A DNA stretch of 39,907 nt from Octopus bimaculoides (GCF_001194135.2 NC_068983.1:45404901-45444807), one strand, 5' to 3'; shown: positions 24,473 to 36,540, counted from the stretch's first letter. Numbers and translations are program-made. The notes: generated by a model not told the origin, from the letters alone.

Positions 24473-25383
24473 TACACAGATGTAACCCCGTCTACTGTTA
24501 ATAATTGACAATTAATAGTTATTTTTTTTGCGGCCTGGTTTTGGTTTTGATGTTGATGCTTTGACGTCTGGGACCATGTATGCTTACCACATGTAAGATG
24601 TAGGTTATTTGCTAAATTAAACGCCAACAACATCATCTGATGTAGATACTGCACATTGTCATACAGACACACACACATACACACACACAATCACACACAA
24701 TCACACACAGACACACTAAAAGAAAAAACCCACAAACACACTTTCGCATCCCACAACTATCCCCACCGTAATCATGTCTACTACCTCTACGTCAGACTCA
24801 CCTCTGTGCATCGAAACAAGAATAATAACTATTAGTAACATATGTATTCTATTTCTCTCTCATTCACGCTGCTTGTTTATCCCTTGGGACACGAAGAGGA
24901 TACACACATAAATGCACACTTACATATTCGCGTACACACACACACATGTACACACGCATATATATTCATATATATAAGCATATATATTCGTCAGCATACA
25001 TATACAGTCACATACTTATAAGCATATAAAACAATTATGAAAGAATATATATATCAAAGGATAATTTTTCTAGCGGATGATTGTACAATGAAGATAGATG
25101 CATTGACGTAGCAAAGCTTAGACGAAACCGGAGGCTAAAAAGCTGTTGTTATTAGCAACAGAGACAAATTACGTAAGCATGGCACCAGAAATTTAGACAA
25201 GAGGCACCAATCTTCTTGGCTATTGAAACTTGATAAAATCTCAAAACCATTATCAGCCTGAAGGTGATATAAATTATATTTGTGGTTGTGAATAAATGAA
25301 CAAAAGCGAATGTGTATATGTATGTACATTAAATTTTGCATATGTGCGCATGAAAGTATCAACGTTTGCTTATGTGTGAATAA

Positions 25384-25448
<65 letters not shown>

Positions 25449-26028
25449 GCATGTGAGAGGAAGTTTTTATGAGCATATGTATATATATATGAACTTACGT
25501 TGATATATTCGCTTTGCAAGNNNNNNNNNNNNNNNNNNNNNNNNNNNNNNNNNNNNNNNNNNNNNNNNNNNNNNNNNNNNNNNNNNNNNNNNNNNNNNNN
25601 NNNNNNNNNNNNNNNNNNNNNNNNNNNNNNNNNNNNNNNNNNNNNNNNNNNNNNNNNNNNNNNNNNNNNNNNNNNNNNNNNNNNNNNNNNNNNNNNNNNN
25701 NNNNNNNNNNNNNNNNNNNNNNNNNNNNNNNNNNNNNNNNNNNNNNNNNNNNNNNNNNNNNNNNNNNNNNNNNNNNNNNNNNNNNNNNNNNNNNNNNNNN
25801 NNNNNNNNNNNNNNNNNNNNNNNNNNNNNNNNNNNNNNNNNNNNNNNNNNNNNNNNNNNNNNNNNNNNNNNNNNNNNNNNNNNNNNNNNNNNNNNNNNNN
25901 NNNNNNNNNNNNNNNNNNNNNNNNNNNNNNNNNNNNNNNNNNNNNNNNNNNNNNNNNNNNNNNNNNNNNNNNNNNNNNNNNNNNNNNNNNNNNNNNNNNN
26001 NNNNNNNNNNNNNNNNNNNNNNNNNNNN

Positions 26029-26061
<33 letters not shown>

Positions 26062-26066
26062 GCGCG

Positions 26067-26097
<31 letters not shown>

Positions 26098-26255
26098 GAC
26101 GGGCTTCTTTTCGGTTCCGTCTACCAAATCCACCCACAAGGCTTTGGTCGGCCCGAGGCTATAGTAGAAGGCACTTGCCCAAGGTGGCATGCGATGAGAC
26201 TGAATCCGGAACCATGTGGCTGGTAAGCAAGCTACTTACCACACAGCCACTCCTG
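26098..26255 (-). mobile_element. tRNA-derived SINE, 5' half, same family as 12440
   Basis: The reverse complement aligns almost base for base with 12441-12600. Confidence 0.9.
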
Positions 26256-26861
26256 TGATATTTTTGTATTATATCAAGTATTAAGAATATAGTAACTAGG
26301 GTCCGCAAATTGGAGGAGAGAGTTACCAATAATAATGTTTTGACTTCGAATCTGCGGTTATCTTCCTTCAGACATCTCTCTGAATCTTCTTCGCCGTAGG
26401 GCTGCTTGCACCTTTTCACCGGTACTTCCTTTCCCCTGAAGACCTAGGGCGATGTCTAAACAAAGATTAGAGCTCTCTGACACACCTGCTGGATGGCTAT
26501 TGACTTTGAGTTCATCTGTATTTTGACAGGTTTTGTATTTTATCCTGTAGGGTGTCCAACGAAAACTACCCTTATTACCATGCAGTCTCTCTAGCGCTCC
26601 AGGTGTGGTCGCTGACGGCCTGAATATGCGACAGGTTGTGCGGGTTTGCATGTAAATTGCAACAATAAGATTGCTCTAGCAGACGCACACATACACACAC
26701 ACTCACACAAACAGACGCATGCGCTTACACATGCTAAACGGGAACAAATACAAAAATAAATCTAATAAATAATATAATTAGAGTTGAATCATTCTCCACT
26801 CATTACTGCATTCGTTAAGCTATATCTATCAATCCTAATTTGTAATTCAATGTTACACGCA

Positions 26862-26909
<48 letters not shown>

Positions 26910-27349
26910 ATGTATGCACATAACGCGCTCACACACAGAGTGACATGTAAAGAGTCGTGTAATAAAACCTTCTGTGGCTTACATGTCTCATTGCTTCAAG
27001 CAATTGCAGTTTGCGTTCGTAATCGAGTTAATGAAAGCGAAAACAATTATAAGTCGTATTACTTTTCTTGTTGCAATAATAGTTATGTGGGAATAGAAAA
27101 GATTATACCAAAATTTTTACCATATACATGCATACACATATACACACTCATTGGTGGTAGTCTCTCGTAGTCCGAAAACGACGGTTCTGCAATTTCTTGC
27201 TAAAGAACCTGCACAAATAAGTTGTTTGTAACTATAAAATGTATGTGTTGTACAATAGAGTATTCCCTCCGTCAAATGAATGTTGCCTGAAGAGGTGCAT
27301 GGTGTACCATGCGTCATGTCGAAGTGATAGCAGCGCAACAGGAGACGCA

Positions 27350-27435
27350 GTGCTTTGCTCAAGAACACGATGTACTAGCCGGTTCAAGAATAGGAACCAT
27401 GATTTCGCGATTAAGAGTGCAATACCGTAACCACT
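27350..27435 (-). mobile_element. Degenerate tRNA-derived SINE head
   Basis: The minus strand has the A-box-like gtggttacggtattg, a worn B-box region (ggttcctattc) and gtgttcttgagcaaagcac. Confidence 0.35.
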
Positions 27436-27449
27436 TCGACATTCGTATA

Positions 27450-27490
<41 letters not shown>

Positions 27491-27494
<4 letters not shown>

Positions 27495-27630
27495 TTTATG
27501 TTTGACTTTTGTCTTGCATTCGTACAAGTTGGATCCAAGTCTCACCCAGAGACATCAAGAGACAACAAGTTAGAAGTTCATGTAGGTGTTATGCCTAGGG
27601 TACCATATATTTGGATTTGTGAACATATAC
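27491..27630 (-). mobile_element. 140-bp unique insert between two (TAA)n tracts; probable 3' UTR of a second TAA-targeting LINE family
   Basis: Flanked on both sides by pure (ATT)n. The minus strand ends ..aagtcaaacataaaatag(taa)n. No ORF recognised; the family call is inference. Confidence 0.45.
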
Positions 27631-27717
<87 letters not shown>

Positions 27718-27722
<5 letters not shown>

Positions 27723-27882
27723 TAGTTTTATTTTTATAACGTGCTTTCACTTCACTACCGAGCGCAGCTCTGTGCGCCTTGGGTATGTGCTGTGGTTTGC
27801 TGTGGTGCTCTTATGTTTACTGTATTGAAAGTGTTTTGCGTAGAATGTGTGCAGTACCCAGTAGTGCAATTTTCTGTATGTT
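27718..27882 (-). mobile_element. R4/Dong-like LINE 3' end, truncated by a gap
   Basis: 27882-27817 encodes NIQKIALLGTAHILRKTLSIQ*, the typical C-terminus of R4-clade restriction-like-endonuclease LINEs. A 3' UTR follows and runs into (TAA)n. Near-identical to 39685-39849. Confidence 0.8.
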
Positions 27883-28546
27883 NNNNNNNNNNNNNNNNNN
27901 NNNNNNNNNNNNNNNNNNNNNNNNNNNNNNNNNNNNNNNNNNNNNNNNNNNNNNNNNNNNNNNNNNNNNNNNNNNNNNNNNNNNNNNNNNNNNNNNNNNN
28001 NNNNNNNNNNNNNNNNNNNNNNNNNNNNNNNNNNNNNNNNNNNNNNNNNNNNNNNNNNNNNNNNNNNNNNNNNNNNNNNNNNNNNNNNNNNNNNNNNNNN
28101 NNNNNNNNNNNNNNNNNNNNNNNNNNNNNNNNNNNNNNNNNNNNNNNNNNNNNNNNNNNNNNNNNNNNNNNNNNNNNNNNNNNNNNNNNNNNNNNNNNNN
28201 NNNNNNNNNNNNNNNNNNNNNNNNNNNNNNNNNNNNNNNNNNNNNNNNNNNNNNNNNNNNNNNNNNNNNNNNNNNNNNNNNNNNNNNNNNNNNNNNNNNN
28301 NNNNNNNNNNNNNNNNNNNNNNNNNNNNNNNNNNNNNNNNNNNNNNNNNNNNNNNNNNNNNNNNNNNNNNNNNNNNNNNNNNNNNNNNNNNNNNNNNNNN
28401 NNNNNNNNNNNNNNNNNNNNNNNNNNNNNNNNNNNNNNNNNNNNNNNNNNNNNNNNNNNNNNNNNNNNNNNNNNNNNNNNNNNNNNNNNNNNNNNNNNNN
28501 NNNNNNNNNNNNNNNNNNNNNNNNNNNNNNATTATTATTATTATTA

Positions 28547-28622
28547 TTCAGTAGTTATATTTTTATAACGTGCTTTCACTTCACTACCGAGCGCAGCTCT
28601 CTGTGCCTTGGGTATGTGCTGT
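28547..28622 (-). mobile_element. 5'-truncated 76-bp copy of the same R4/Dong-like 3' UTR
   Basis: Matches 27718-27793 with a few substitutions; flanked by (ATT)n on the left and (CTT)n(ATT)n on the right. Confidence 0.8.
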
Positions 28623-28633
28623 AGCTTCTTCTT

Positions 28634-28725
<92 letters not shown>

Positions 28726-29869
28726 ATATGCAATATCTTTCTCTGGCTCTCTGTATATATATAATTATACATACATACACACACATAACTTTGATAACTT
28801 AGTTACGTTTCGAAAATGGATTGGTCCAGGCCATGTCTAATTTAACAGTATCACTTGCCAAGTTAGGGTGCTATTATATATATAATACTTGTGTAAGTGT
28901 ATGCATTTATGTTACTGTATTACATGTATGTCGGCGTGTGTGTTTGCATGAAGCGATGCGAGTGCACCACATAAAACAACCAGCAGAAAAGACGCGAGGA
29001 GACTGAGGTCTAAACATCACCATCATCGTCGTCGTCGTCGTCGTCGTCGTAACCATGGCCATCGTAATCTTTGTTGTTGACGTTGCTGACATCGTTGCCG
29101 CTGTTGGTACATCCCATGTCATTATCGATCTCATCATCATCATCATAAACCTCATCATCACTAAATAGGAAAGGATGTTACCCTTGTTAAACTTAACCCC
29201 TGCAGCTTGCAATATACTCCACCTTCTTTCTTATTCAACATCCGCCGCCAGAGATATTTTCACTTTAGTCTCCCTCTCACTCTTACTCTCACTCTCTCTT
29301 CCTCCCACCTACACATTTCTTACCCATTTCCTAAGATGCGAGCAGCCGAGTTTTTCCTGCCTTTATTTTTGAATATTTTATTTTTTTGTTCATTTATTTT
29401 GGGGTATTTTCTGAGAACTACGGAAGGACGTTCATTTTATATACTTGTCCTCACACTAACTTAACCTTCGATCCAGTATGTGACCTTATTCTCCGCTATC
29501 TTGGCTGTCTTCTCCTAATCATATTCCCACACACTCCACTTGAAGCGAAGAATGTAAGGCGTAAGACGCGAACGGATGACTAATTTAGTCAATAAAACAT
29601 AACAGTAAAATAACATTAATATGGAAATTCTAGTTTGACAGCGTGGAAGTTATGCCCAGTAAAGCAGACATATACAAAAAGAAGACGGTTTTTGCTGACG
29701 AAAATATGCATTAAATTCGTATCATGAAATGTAATAAAACGTGTTGGATATTATTCGAAACTGGACGAAGTAGCCCGATGAAAAGAATGAAAACGAAAAT
29801 ATAGCCATGTTGAATATTTATGTTTGCCGAAGAAAACCACATACTAAGAGAATTAGTACACGTAAAAAC

Positions 29870-30890
29870 ACTGGAATTTATTATTTGGTGGGGTGGGCAG
29901 ATGGAAGGCGTTGAGATTGTCTTTCACCAAGTAATATATTGAGTTCGTATGATGAAGCAAAGTGTGAGGAGTAGAAATAGTCTACTCTCCATGGTATGTC
30001 AGAGGGAAAAAATCATGAAAGCCGAATGTTTTTGTTTGACTGAACGAAAACTATGTCAAATAAAGTAGTTTATCAAATAAAATGAACTAAATTGTGTTTC
30101 GGAGGAAGAGAATAAATGCAAACAATTATGTGACCATTTTCAATCCACCACTCGGTACCAGAAATGAGGAATCGCATCGTATGGAAGAAAGATTCAATTA
30201 TTATAATTAGATTACATGTTGAGCAGGTCAAGGCTGATGTTTGTTTGGCTAATAAAGGAAGGATATTATTGGAGATATTTTGATTTCAGTGAAATGGTTG
30301 TTTGGGAGTTCATAGCTGAGTGCGTCTGCTCCTAACAAGGAAAATATCATAAGTCGTAAAACAATAACATATCAAGTCATCCTTAATACATCATGGCGGA
30401 ATCAAGCCTGAAATAGCTGATCGTTGTTGGTTTTTGTCATCGGAGAATATCTAATCCCTTTGGATGATGTTTGTTCATAACACGTGAGTCACTGGTGTAA
30501 GGGAACTCTGAGATTCTGCGCCGTTTCGAATTCATTGTGTACTATTTCAGCAATTATTTCCAGATGCATGCTGATAACTGCAAAGAAATGCACGCAGAAT
30601 AGCGAGAATTCAACCAAAATGTATCTATTCATCTTTAATACGTGATTATCTGATTATCTGTTGTATTTCGCCATCGGAGATCGACTCTTCTCGTTAGACG
30701 TTGTGTGTTTATAAAAGGTGATTCATCTGTTGAACAGAACTTTGACGAACTGTGGTGTTTCGACTAACTGTCGAAATATGTTGATGCATAGGAGACAAAT
30801 TGAACCTTAGTAGCATCACTCTACTTGATGCCAGAGTAATTACTAAAGGACAAACACACTACGACATTCTAGTATGTGCCAGACTCCAAC
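29870..30890 (+). pseudogene. Highly decayed Helitron PIF1-like helicase remnant
   Basis: Collinear motifs: TGIYYLVG (cf GGxFFLxG), LCFGG, RIVWKK, ADVCLANKG (cf FAxWLLxIGxG), SAPNKEN (cf LAPxNE), LRFCAVSNSLCT (cf LRNLxxxxGLCN), ISPSE..YKR*F (cf PSE..FKRxQFP) and GDKLNLSSITL..VITKGQTHY (cf GQTLxxVGIxL..VFSHGQLY). Individually weak; persuasive only in their order. Confidence 0.45.
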
Positions 30891-32688
30891 GCTCCAGGTG
30901 ACTTATGTAACATCGTCCTTATTGTCAAGTAGAAACCTTCGTAAACCTGATAACCTTTATATAACCTGTGGTTAACCTCGTTGGTTTATTTTCAGTGTGT
31001 ATTAAAGCATACTAATAACTATAAAAAAATTAATTGTTTTAAATTAATTTGTGAATGAAGGAAAAGTATTTCGAAGCAACAAACCATACTCAGTTTATTC
31101 AACACCATAAATAACTGGTATAATTTTCAAGTACATCAAATTAACGAAAGGTAATAATCGTCTCGGCATCGAGGTTAACTCCGAGGACAAACAGTCGTTG
31201 TTCTCTATTCTCTTTACAAAGACGTCTACATTAATTACAGATAATTTTCGTTGGCTTTAATTAATGGTAATTAGATATCGCATATCATGGAAACCAACTG
31301 ACATCTACATATTCTAACAACGGAATACAACTAAGTCTAAACACATTATCTATTTAACTATCATTATATATATATATATGTTTGTACGTATGTATATATG
31401 TATCTACGTGTATACCCATATGCACACTCTCACACACACACATACTATGAATATAATTGTACTCCTAGTCCACTTTCGCAAATGTAACCGTTTCACTTAC
31501 GAACAGTTTCGTTTCCTACCAAACCAAATTTGTCTGTTTCGCTTCGACATCGGATTGTGAAGCATATAAAATCACTTCACCTCATTCTGAGTTTACACTT
31601 TTCCCTTTATGCTCACTGACAAGACACCATATTTTAACTCTAGAAATCCTTTCAGAGTTTTTCAAGAATTTTCCTTTAGAGGCCCTTCTCGCAGTGTAAA
31701 GAATCTTGAATATTAGATGCTTTCGAATTTCGGATTTGCGAATGAAAGTTTAAGCAACTTCACTTGAAAACATGCATACGAAAATTAAATCGAATTTATG
31801 TAAATTAGCAAACCATTTATTAGTCGATTATAAATTATTCTATTCATATCGATATCTAACATAGGCATAGAAGGTTACACACAAGGTAGAGGATTAAGTA
31901 ATTGTATCAATACTTATAGTACACTCACACTTAATTTATCGACGTCCGGAAGGACATAAAACAAATATATCTTTGGCTGGATTCGAAATCACAATATAAA
32001 GAAACCTAACTGAACACCAGAAAGAGTATAGGTTTTCGAGTCGATAGAGTATCGATTAAACCAGGTGTCTATTTTAAATCTTTCACTTGTTTTCAGTTAT
32101 TGGACCAGAGCCATGCGGCACCACCGCCTTGAAATATCTCAGTCGAACAAATTGAAGTTAGTAATTATGCATTTTATAAAGTCTAGAACGAAGAGCAACG
32201 TACGCAGGCTAATACTCAAGGAACGGGTGGGTGTTGAGAAACAGACATAGTCACATGTCTGTCTCTATATTTATAAATCTTCTTCGTATGTAATTTGTCT
32301 GAACATTTAATTAAAGCTTTAAAACTTGAAAAAAACTTTTGACTCATCCTGGTATAATTCCGTTTAGCCTTATACTAATGATAAATAATAATTCATCTAT
32401 TATATTATTAATGCTTTGATCTGTATGTGACATCATGTCGTGAGTGTTATTTTTGTAATTTTAATTTCACCTCGAAGATGTAAAGCAAGGAATGGCAATT
32501 ACGCATTGGCTCTTGGTATAATAGACTGTCGATGCCGAGGCAAAGTTTAAAATATGGTTTTTAATATCTTCTTAAAAAATTAAAGTCACAATGAGAAATT
32601 TCTTCTCAATAAAATTACAAGCAAAATAAAGATATATGAAATACATTCATAGAAACATCCATTCGCAAAACCACACACACACACACAC

Positions 32689-32965
32689 TGTTGTATAGCC
32701 AATGGTTACGACTATACATCTTTGCACTATAACCGTGTAGTAACAATTAAACATATAATGAAGCAGGATAACAACAAAGTAACAATCCAACAAACCCTCC
32801 ACAAACTATACACGAACCAGCAAACGATAGTCCGACAAACTACCAAAACATCTTACAACTTCCTGCAATTAACGTCCACTCCCGCTCTATCTCACCCAGA
32901 CCGCTACTATTTATAGTCATGTGGTCAAGTCTATTCTCGTAGGGGATGAGAATCTCGCCACAACA
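32689..32965 (-). repeat. 3' LTR (277 bp)
   Basis: TGTTG..CAACA ends, homologous to 34909-35190, contains TATAAATA on the minus strand. Confidence 0.9.
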
Positions 32966-33199
32966 TCTCCCCTTTTGAGATTTCGACTTCCGTTGGAAAC
33001 GAAGTTTATTTTATTATTATTATTTTTTCTTTCTCTCGAAACCTCTCCCTTTTTGAAATTTTGCTTCCCTAGGGAGTTTAGTACCTTTTCCTCTTAGGAA
33101 TTATTTCTAAATGTTCAGTCTGTTTACGTTTTCTGTTACTGCTCCTTCTAGGCTCAATCTCTTCCGGTGCTGGCCCATCGAACATGTCGTAAAACACTT

Positions 33200-33700
33200 T
33201 CATTGGAATTCCTTTTCTTTCTTATGTTTGTCTGGCTTTTAATTGATTTAGGCGTCGCTTATACGTTCATCATTGACCTTTTATTAAATACATCATGTTT
33301 CCATTTCTTCTAGTCATTACACCATCCTGCCAACTCTCTTTACCGTTCTTGTATACTGTGAAATAGACTTTGTCTTCGACATCAAAATGTTTAGCTGAAT
33401 TTTTTGTATTTTCTCTATACGTCTTTTCCTTTGGCAATAATTTGTCGAAGATCGATTTAATATTTCGAGATATCATTAACTCTGCAAGACTTGCCTGAAC
33501 TGGTATTCGGATTCAGTGTTATTCTGTACGCCCTTAAGAATTTACTTAGCGCTCCGTCATTTCCTAACTCGTTCTTTGCATTTTTTTAGTGCTTCCTTAA
33601 ATGTATCTACAAATTGTTCTGCTTGCCCATTGGATCTCAGATGGTAGGGCGGGGTCAACATGTGCTTTATTGTATGTATTGGTTGCGTATTTTACCTCGA
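33200..33700 (-). pseudogene. pol: Integrase C-terminal core and tail remnant
   Basis: IKHMLTPPYHLRSNGQAEQFVDTFKEALKK, then FLRAYRITLNPN..GKS-AELMISRNIKSIFDKLLP, with frameshifts. Confidence 0.85.
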
Positions 33701-33738
33701 AAACTTTTGCTCTGCAGGCTTTTCCCCGAAATGTGATA

Positions 33739-33951
33739 TCACCACATTTTGCCAACGAAGTGTAGTTTTTCACATGTCACGCTTCGTGCGATTTTTGATG
33801 CTTTTCTTAACGTAGGTTTCCCATTTCTTTTCCCCGTGTCGGTATCAATAATCGAGATGTCACTACCAGGATCTAGATGCAATTTAATATTCACTTTATT
33901 TACTTTAACATGTACAAATTCCCTCGTTTTGGTGTCGCTTCTACTTTCCAT
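33739..33951 (-). pseudogene. pol: Retroviral-type aspartic protease remnant
   Basis: VKVNKVNIKLHLDPGSDISII (cf LDTGSD active site). It joins almost directly to integrase, with no RT or RNase H in between. Confidence 0.8.
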
Positions 33952-33989
33952 TGAGAAAACTTGAGAATTTTTTCATGTTCGACCTTCCT

Positions 33990-34830
33990 AACTTTGCTTT
34001 GCAATGTGAATTCTTATATCCTATACTTTCGCACCTGTAACATTTTTGCGTTTTGAAAAGACAATCCTTCTTGAAATGTAGGGCTCCACATCCGTAGCAT
34101 GGGTTTGGTCTTAACATTTTCTTTTTGTTTACACCTTCCCGGTTGACATGCTTGTACTTCTTTCACAATCCCCTGCAACTGTTTGCAGGGTTAAACTTTG
34201 GTCCGTTTGTTCAAGTTTTGTGAGAATTCTTTCACGTATCTCCACATCATTGTTTGCCGTAAGCCCTTGTACAAAAACGGAGGCACTTAAACATATCAGG
34301 CGTTAGTTCCATTAGCTTAAATCTTTCGCACATTCGGTTTACGATCCCGGCATAAGTGACAAAGTCTTCATCCTCTTTTTTAACTAGATTCCAACACTCC
34401 CAACCGAGCGTTAAATAGGGAACTCTTATCATTGAATATTTTTGATAGTAGTTTGACTGATTTCTGGAAACAAACTTCATTAACTTTTTGCGGGTAGTAT
34501 GAAATTACAATAATTTTCATGTTCTGCCGGTGATAATTTACGTAATAATAGTCTTATTTTTTCATTGTCCGTTCACGACTTGCAGCCTTCCCTGACGATT
34601 TCTTCGTACCTTCTAAACTACGCTGCAAACGTTATACCCTCCTCTGGGTCATAACTGAATTCTGATATAGAGATCGATACGCCGTTTGGCGAAAACGAAC
34701 TTATAGAGTTTCCGGACTTCTTAAGACATAGCTGTTGCTGTTCTTTCTTGTTTCTGAAGTAGTTGTTTCAGCAACTCCTGTTACTGTTCGTGCTGTTGCT
34801 TTAGCAACTGTATTTTAGAAGCTAGTATGT
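33990..34830 (-). pseudogene. gag: gag remnant with a double zinc knuckle
   Basis: ISEFSYDPEEGITFAA*FRRYEE..KIRLLLRKLSPAEHENYCNFILP, EDFVTYAGIVNRMCERF..LTPDMFKCL, and CYGCGALHFKKDC..CYRCESIGYKNSHC (34099-34001). Stops and frameshifts present. Confidence 0.85.
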
Positions 34831-34908
34831 TTTCCCGCCATTAACAACTTTGCAACACAAAAATTTGTTAACTGACCATCGTGAGTTTCGAATCCTCGTC
34901 GCCAATAT

Positions 34909-35190
34909 TGTTGTATTGCCAATTGCTATGACGATACTTTTTTTACACAATAACTGAGCAGTAATAATAAAACATATAACAAAGCAGGGTAACAACAACG
35001 TAACAACCCAACAAACTCTCCACGAACTATACACGAACCAACAAACGATATTCTGACAAACTACCAAAAGAACTCCTAATGATTTCTTGCCATTAAAGAC
35101 TACTCTCTCTATCTCACTCAAACCGTTACTATTTATAGTCGTTCGGTCAAGTCTATTCTCGCAGGGAATGTCGTGAATCTCGTCACAACA
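34909..35190 (-). repeat. 5' LTR (282 bp)
   Basis: TGTTG..CAACA ends; the PBS lies 4 nt downstream on the minus strand. Confidence 0.9.
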
Positions 35191-35320
35191 CATACATACA
35201 TACATACATACATACATACATGCATACATATATACATGCATACATACATGCATACATGCATACATACATACATACATACATACATACATGCATAGATACA
35301 TATATACATACATACATATT
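35191..35320. repeat. (CATA)n/(CATG)n microsatellite
   Basis: Read directly from the sequence. Confidence 0.95.
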
Positions 35321-35623
35321 GACTTCAACTATGCTGCCTCAATGAAACACCAGACAGGAACATAAACTCTATTAAATGTTCAATAGGTAGTTCAAAGCAT
35401 ACGTAGCTAGAGTTCATTCTTTTGAAAGCTGTCGAATTGTGTTAAATATTCATTCAGATATCTGTTTGTATCAGATGTCACTTCGTCACTTCACACGCGA
35501 TCTCACGGACTAAAATCGTTCCCACACAGGCCACAAAACACAAAGAACCTGTGCCTGATGAATGTATGTATGTGTATGTTCATATCTTATCCCGTCTACG
35601 TGTGTGTGAGTGTGTATATATTT

Positions 35624-35663
<40 letters not shown>

Positions 35664-35683
35664 ATATATATATATATAGATAT

Positions 35684-35717
<34 letters not shown>

Positions 35718-36358
35718 GAGCCTTATAGTGGATTTTCATCGATGAGTTCTTGAAAATTGGTTATTTTCCCTAAAACTATATATATTATATATATATATAT
35801 ATANNNNNNNNNNNNNNNNNNNNNNNNNNNNNNNNNNNNNNNNNNNNNNNNNNNNNNNNNNNNNNNNNNNNNNNNNNNNNNNNNNNNNNNNNNNNNNNNN
35901 NNNNNNNNNNNNNNNNNNNNNNNNNNNNNNNNNNNNNNNNNNNNNNNNNNNNNNNNNNNNNNNNNNNNNNNNNNNNNNNNNNNNNNNNNNNNNNNNNNNN
36001 NNNNNNNNNNNNNNNNNNNNNNNNNNNNNNNNNNNNNNNNNNNNNNNNNNNNNNNNNNNNNNNNNNNNNNNNNNNNNNNNNNNNNNNNNNNNNNNNNNNN
36101 NNNNNNNNNNNNNNNNNNNNNNNNNNNNNNNNNNNNNNNNNNNNNNNNNNNNNNNNNNNNNNNNNNNNNNNNNNNNNNNNNNNNNNNNNNNNNNNNNNNN
36201 NNNNNNNNNNNNNNNNNNNNNNNNNNNNNNNNNNNNNNNNNNNNNNNNNNNNNNNNNNNNNNNNNNNNNNNNNNNNNNNNNNNNNNNNNNNNNNNNNNNN
36301 NNNNNNNNNNNNNNNNNNNNNNNNNNNNNNNNNNNNNNNNNNNNNNNNNNNNNNNNNN

Positions 36359-36540
36359 GGGAGAATATACAAAAAATAACAACAGACGAGGACAGGTGGT
36401 GTAAATAACAAAAGTATATATTAGTATGACGCTCGGGAATACGGAAAGTCTTTGACGTTTCGAGCTACGCTCTTCAACAGAAAGAATACGGAGACAAGGA
36501 GAAAAACACGGAGAAAAAAATACGGAGAAAAAAAATGTAT
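36359..36540 (-). mobile_element. Dispersed ~180-bp repeat carrying a minimal hammerhead variant (Penelope pseudo-LTR-like)
   Basis: Homologous to 21247-21400, abuts (TA)n, and contains the motif at 36449-36485. The Penelope link is inference from the minimal hammerhead architecture. Confidence 0.6.
36449..36485 (-). ncRNA. Minimal type I hammerhead variant
   Basis: UCUUU-CUGUUGAA-GAGC GUA GCUC-GAAAC-GUC-AAAGA. Stem I is 5 bp, stem II is 4 bp, and the palindromic ACGU replaces stem III. The core differs from CUGANGA by A6U plus an extra A. Confidence 0.55.

Larger units (their letters stand above)
32689..35190 (-). mobile_element. Internally deleted Ty3/Gypsy (Mag-like) LTR retrotransposon
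   Basis: Direct repeats with TG..CA ends at 32689-32965 and 34909-35190. PBS TGGCGACGAGGAT at 34904-34892 (from recall, complementary to the 3' end of tRNA-Ser(GCU)). PPT AAAAGGGGAGA abuts the 3' LTR. Candidate TSD cacac/catac. Gag, protease and integrase remnants lie between the LTRs. Confidence 0.9.

Noticed and set aside
25173-25257. Possible 85-nt minus-strand exon (ttcag|GCTGAT..CTTAC|gtaatt), open in two frames
   Set aside because: Weak polypyrimidine tract and donor, no recognisable peptide and no partner exons; needs RNA-seq.
26335-26376. CUGAAGG..GAAGUC hammerhead-like word on the minus strand
   Set aside because: A9 is replaced, GAAAC is incomplete and there is no convincing stem I or II.
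26358-26651. 97-aa ORF in a slightly GC-richer patch
   Set aside because: No motif recognised in the frames I translated; possibly an unidentified repeat.
27282-27340. CUGAAGA followed by a GCAUGGU/ACCAUGC hairpin and GAAG
   Set aside because: Lacks GAAA and a stem III with a UH site; it cannot be folded into the canonical core.
27448-28724. Repeat-spacer-repeat layout superficially like a CRISPR array
   Set aside because: The repeats are variable-length (ATT)n, the spacers are retroposon 3' ends, the context is eukaryotic and there are no cas genes.
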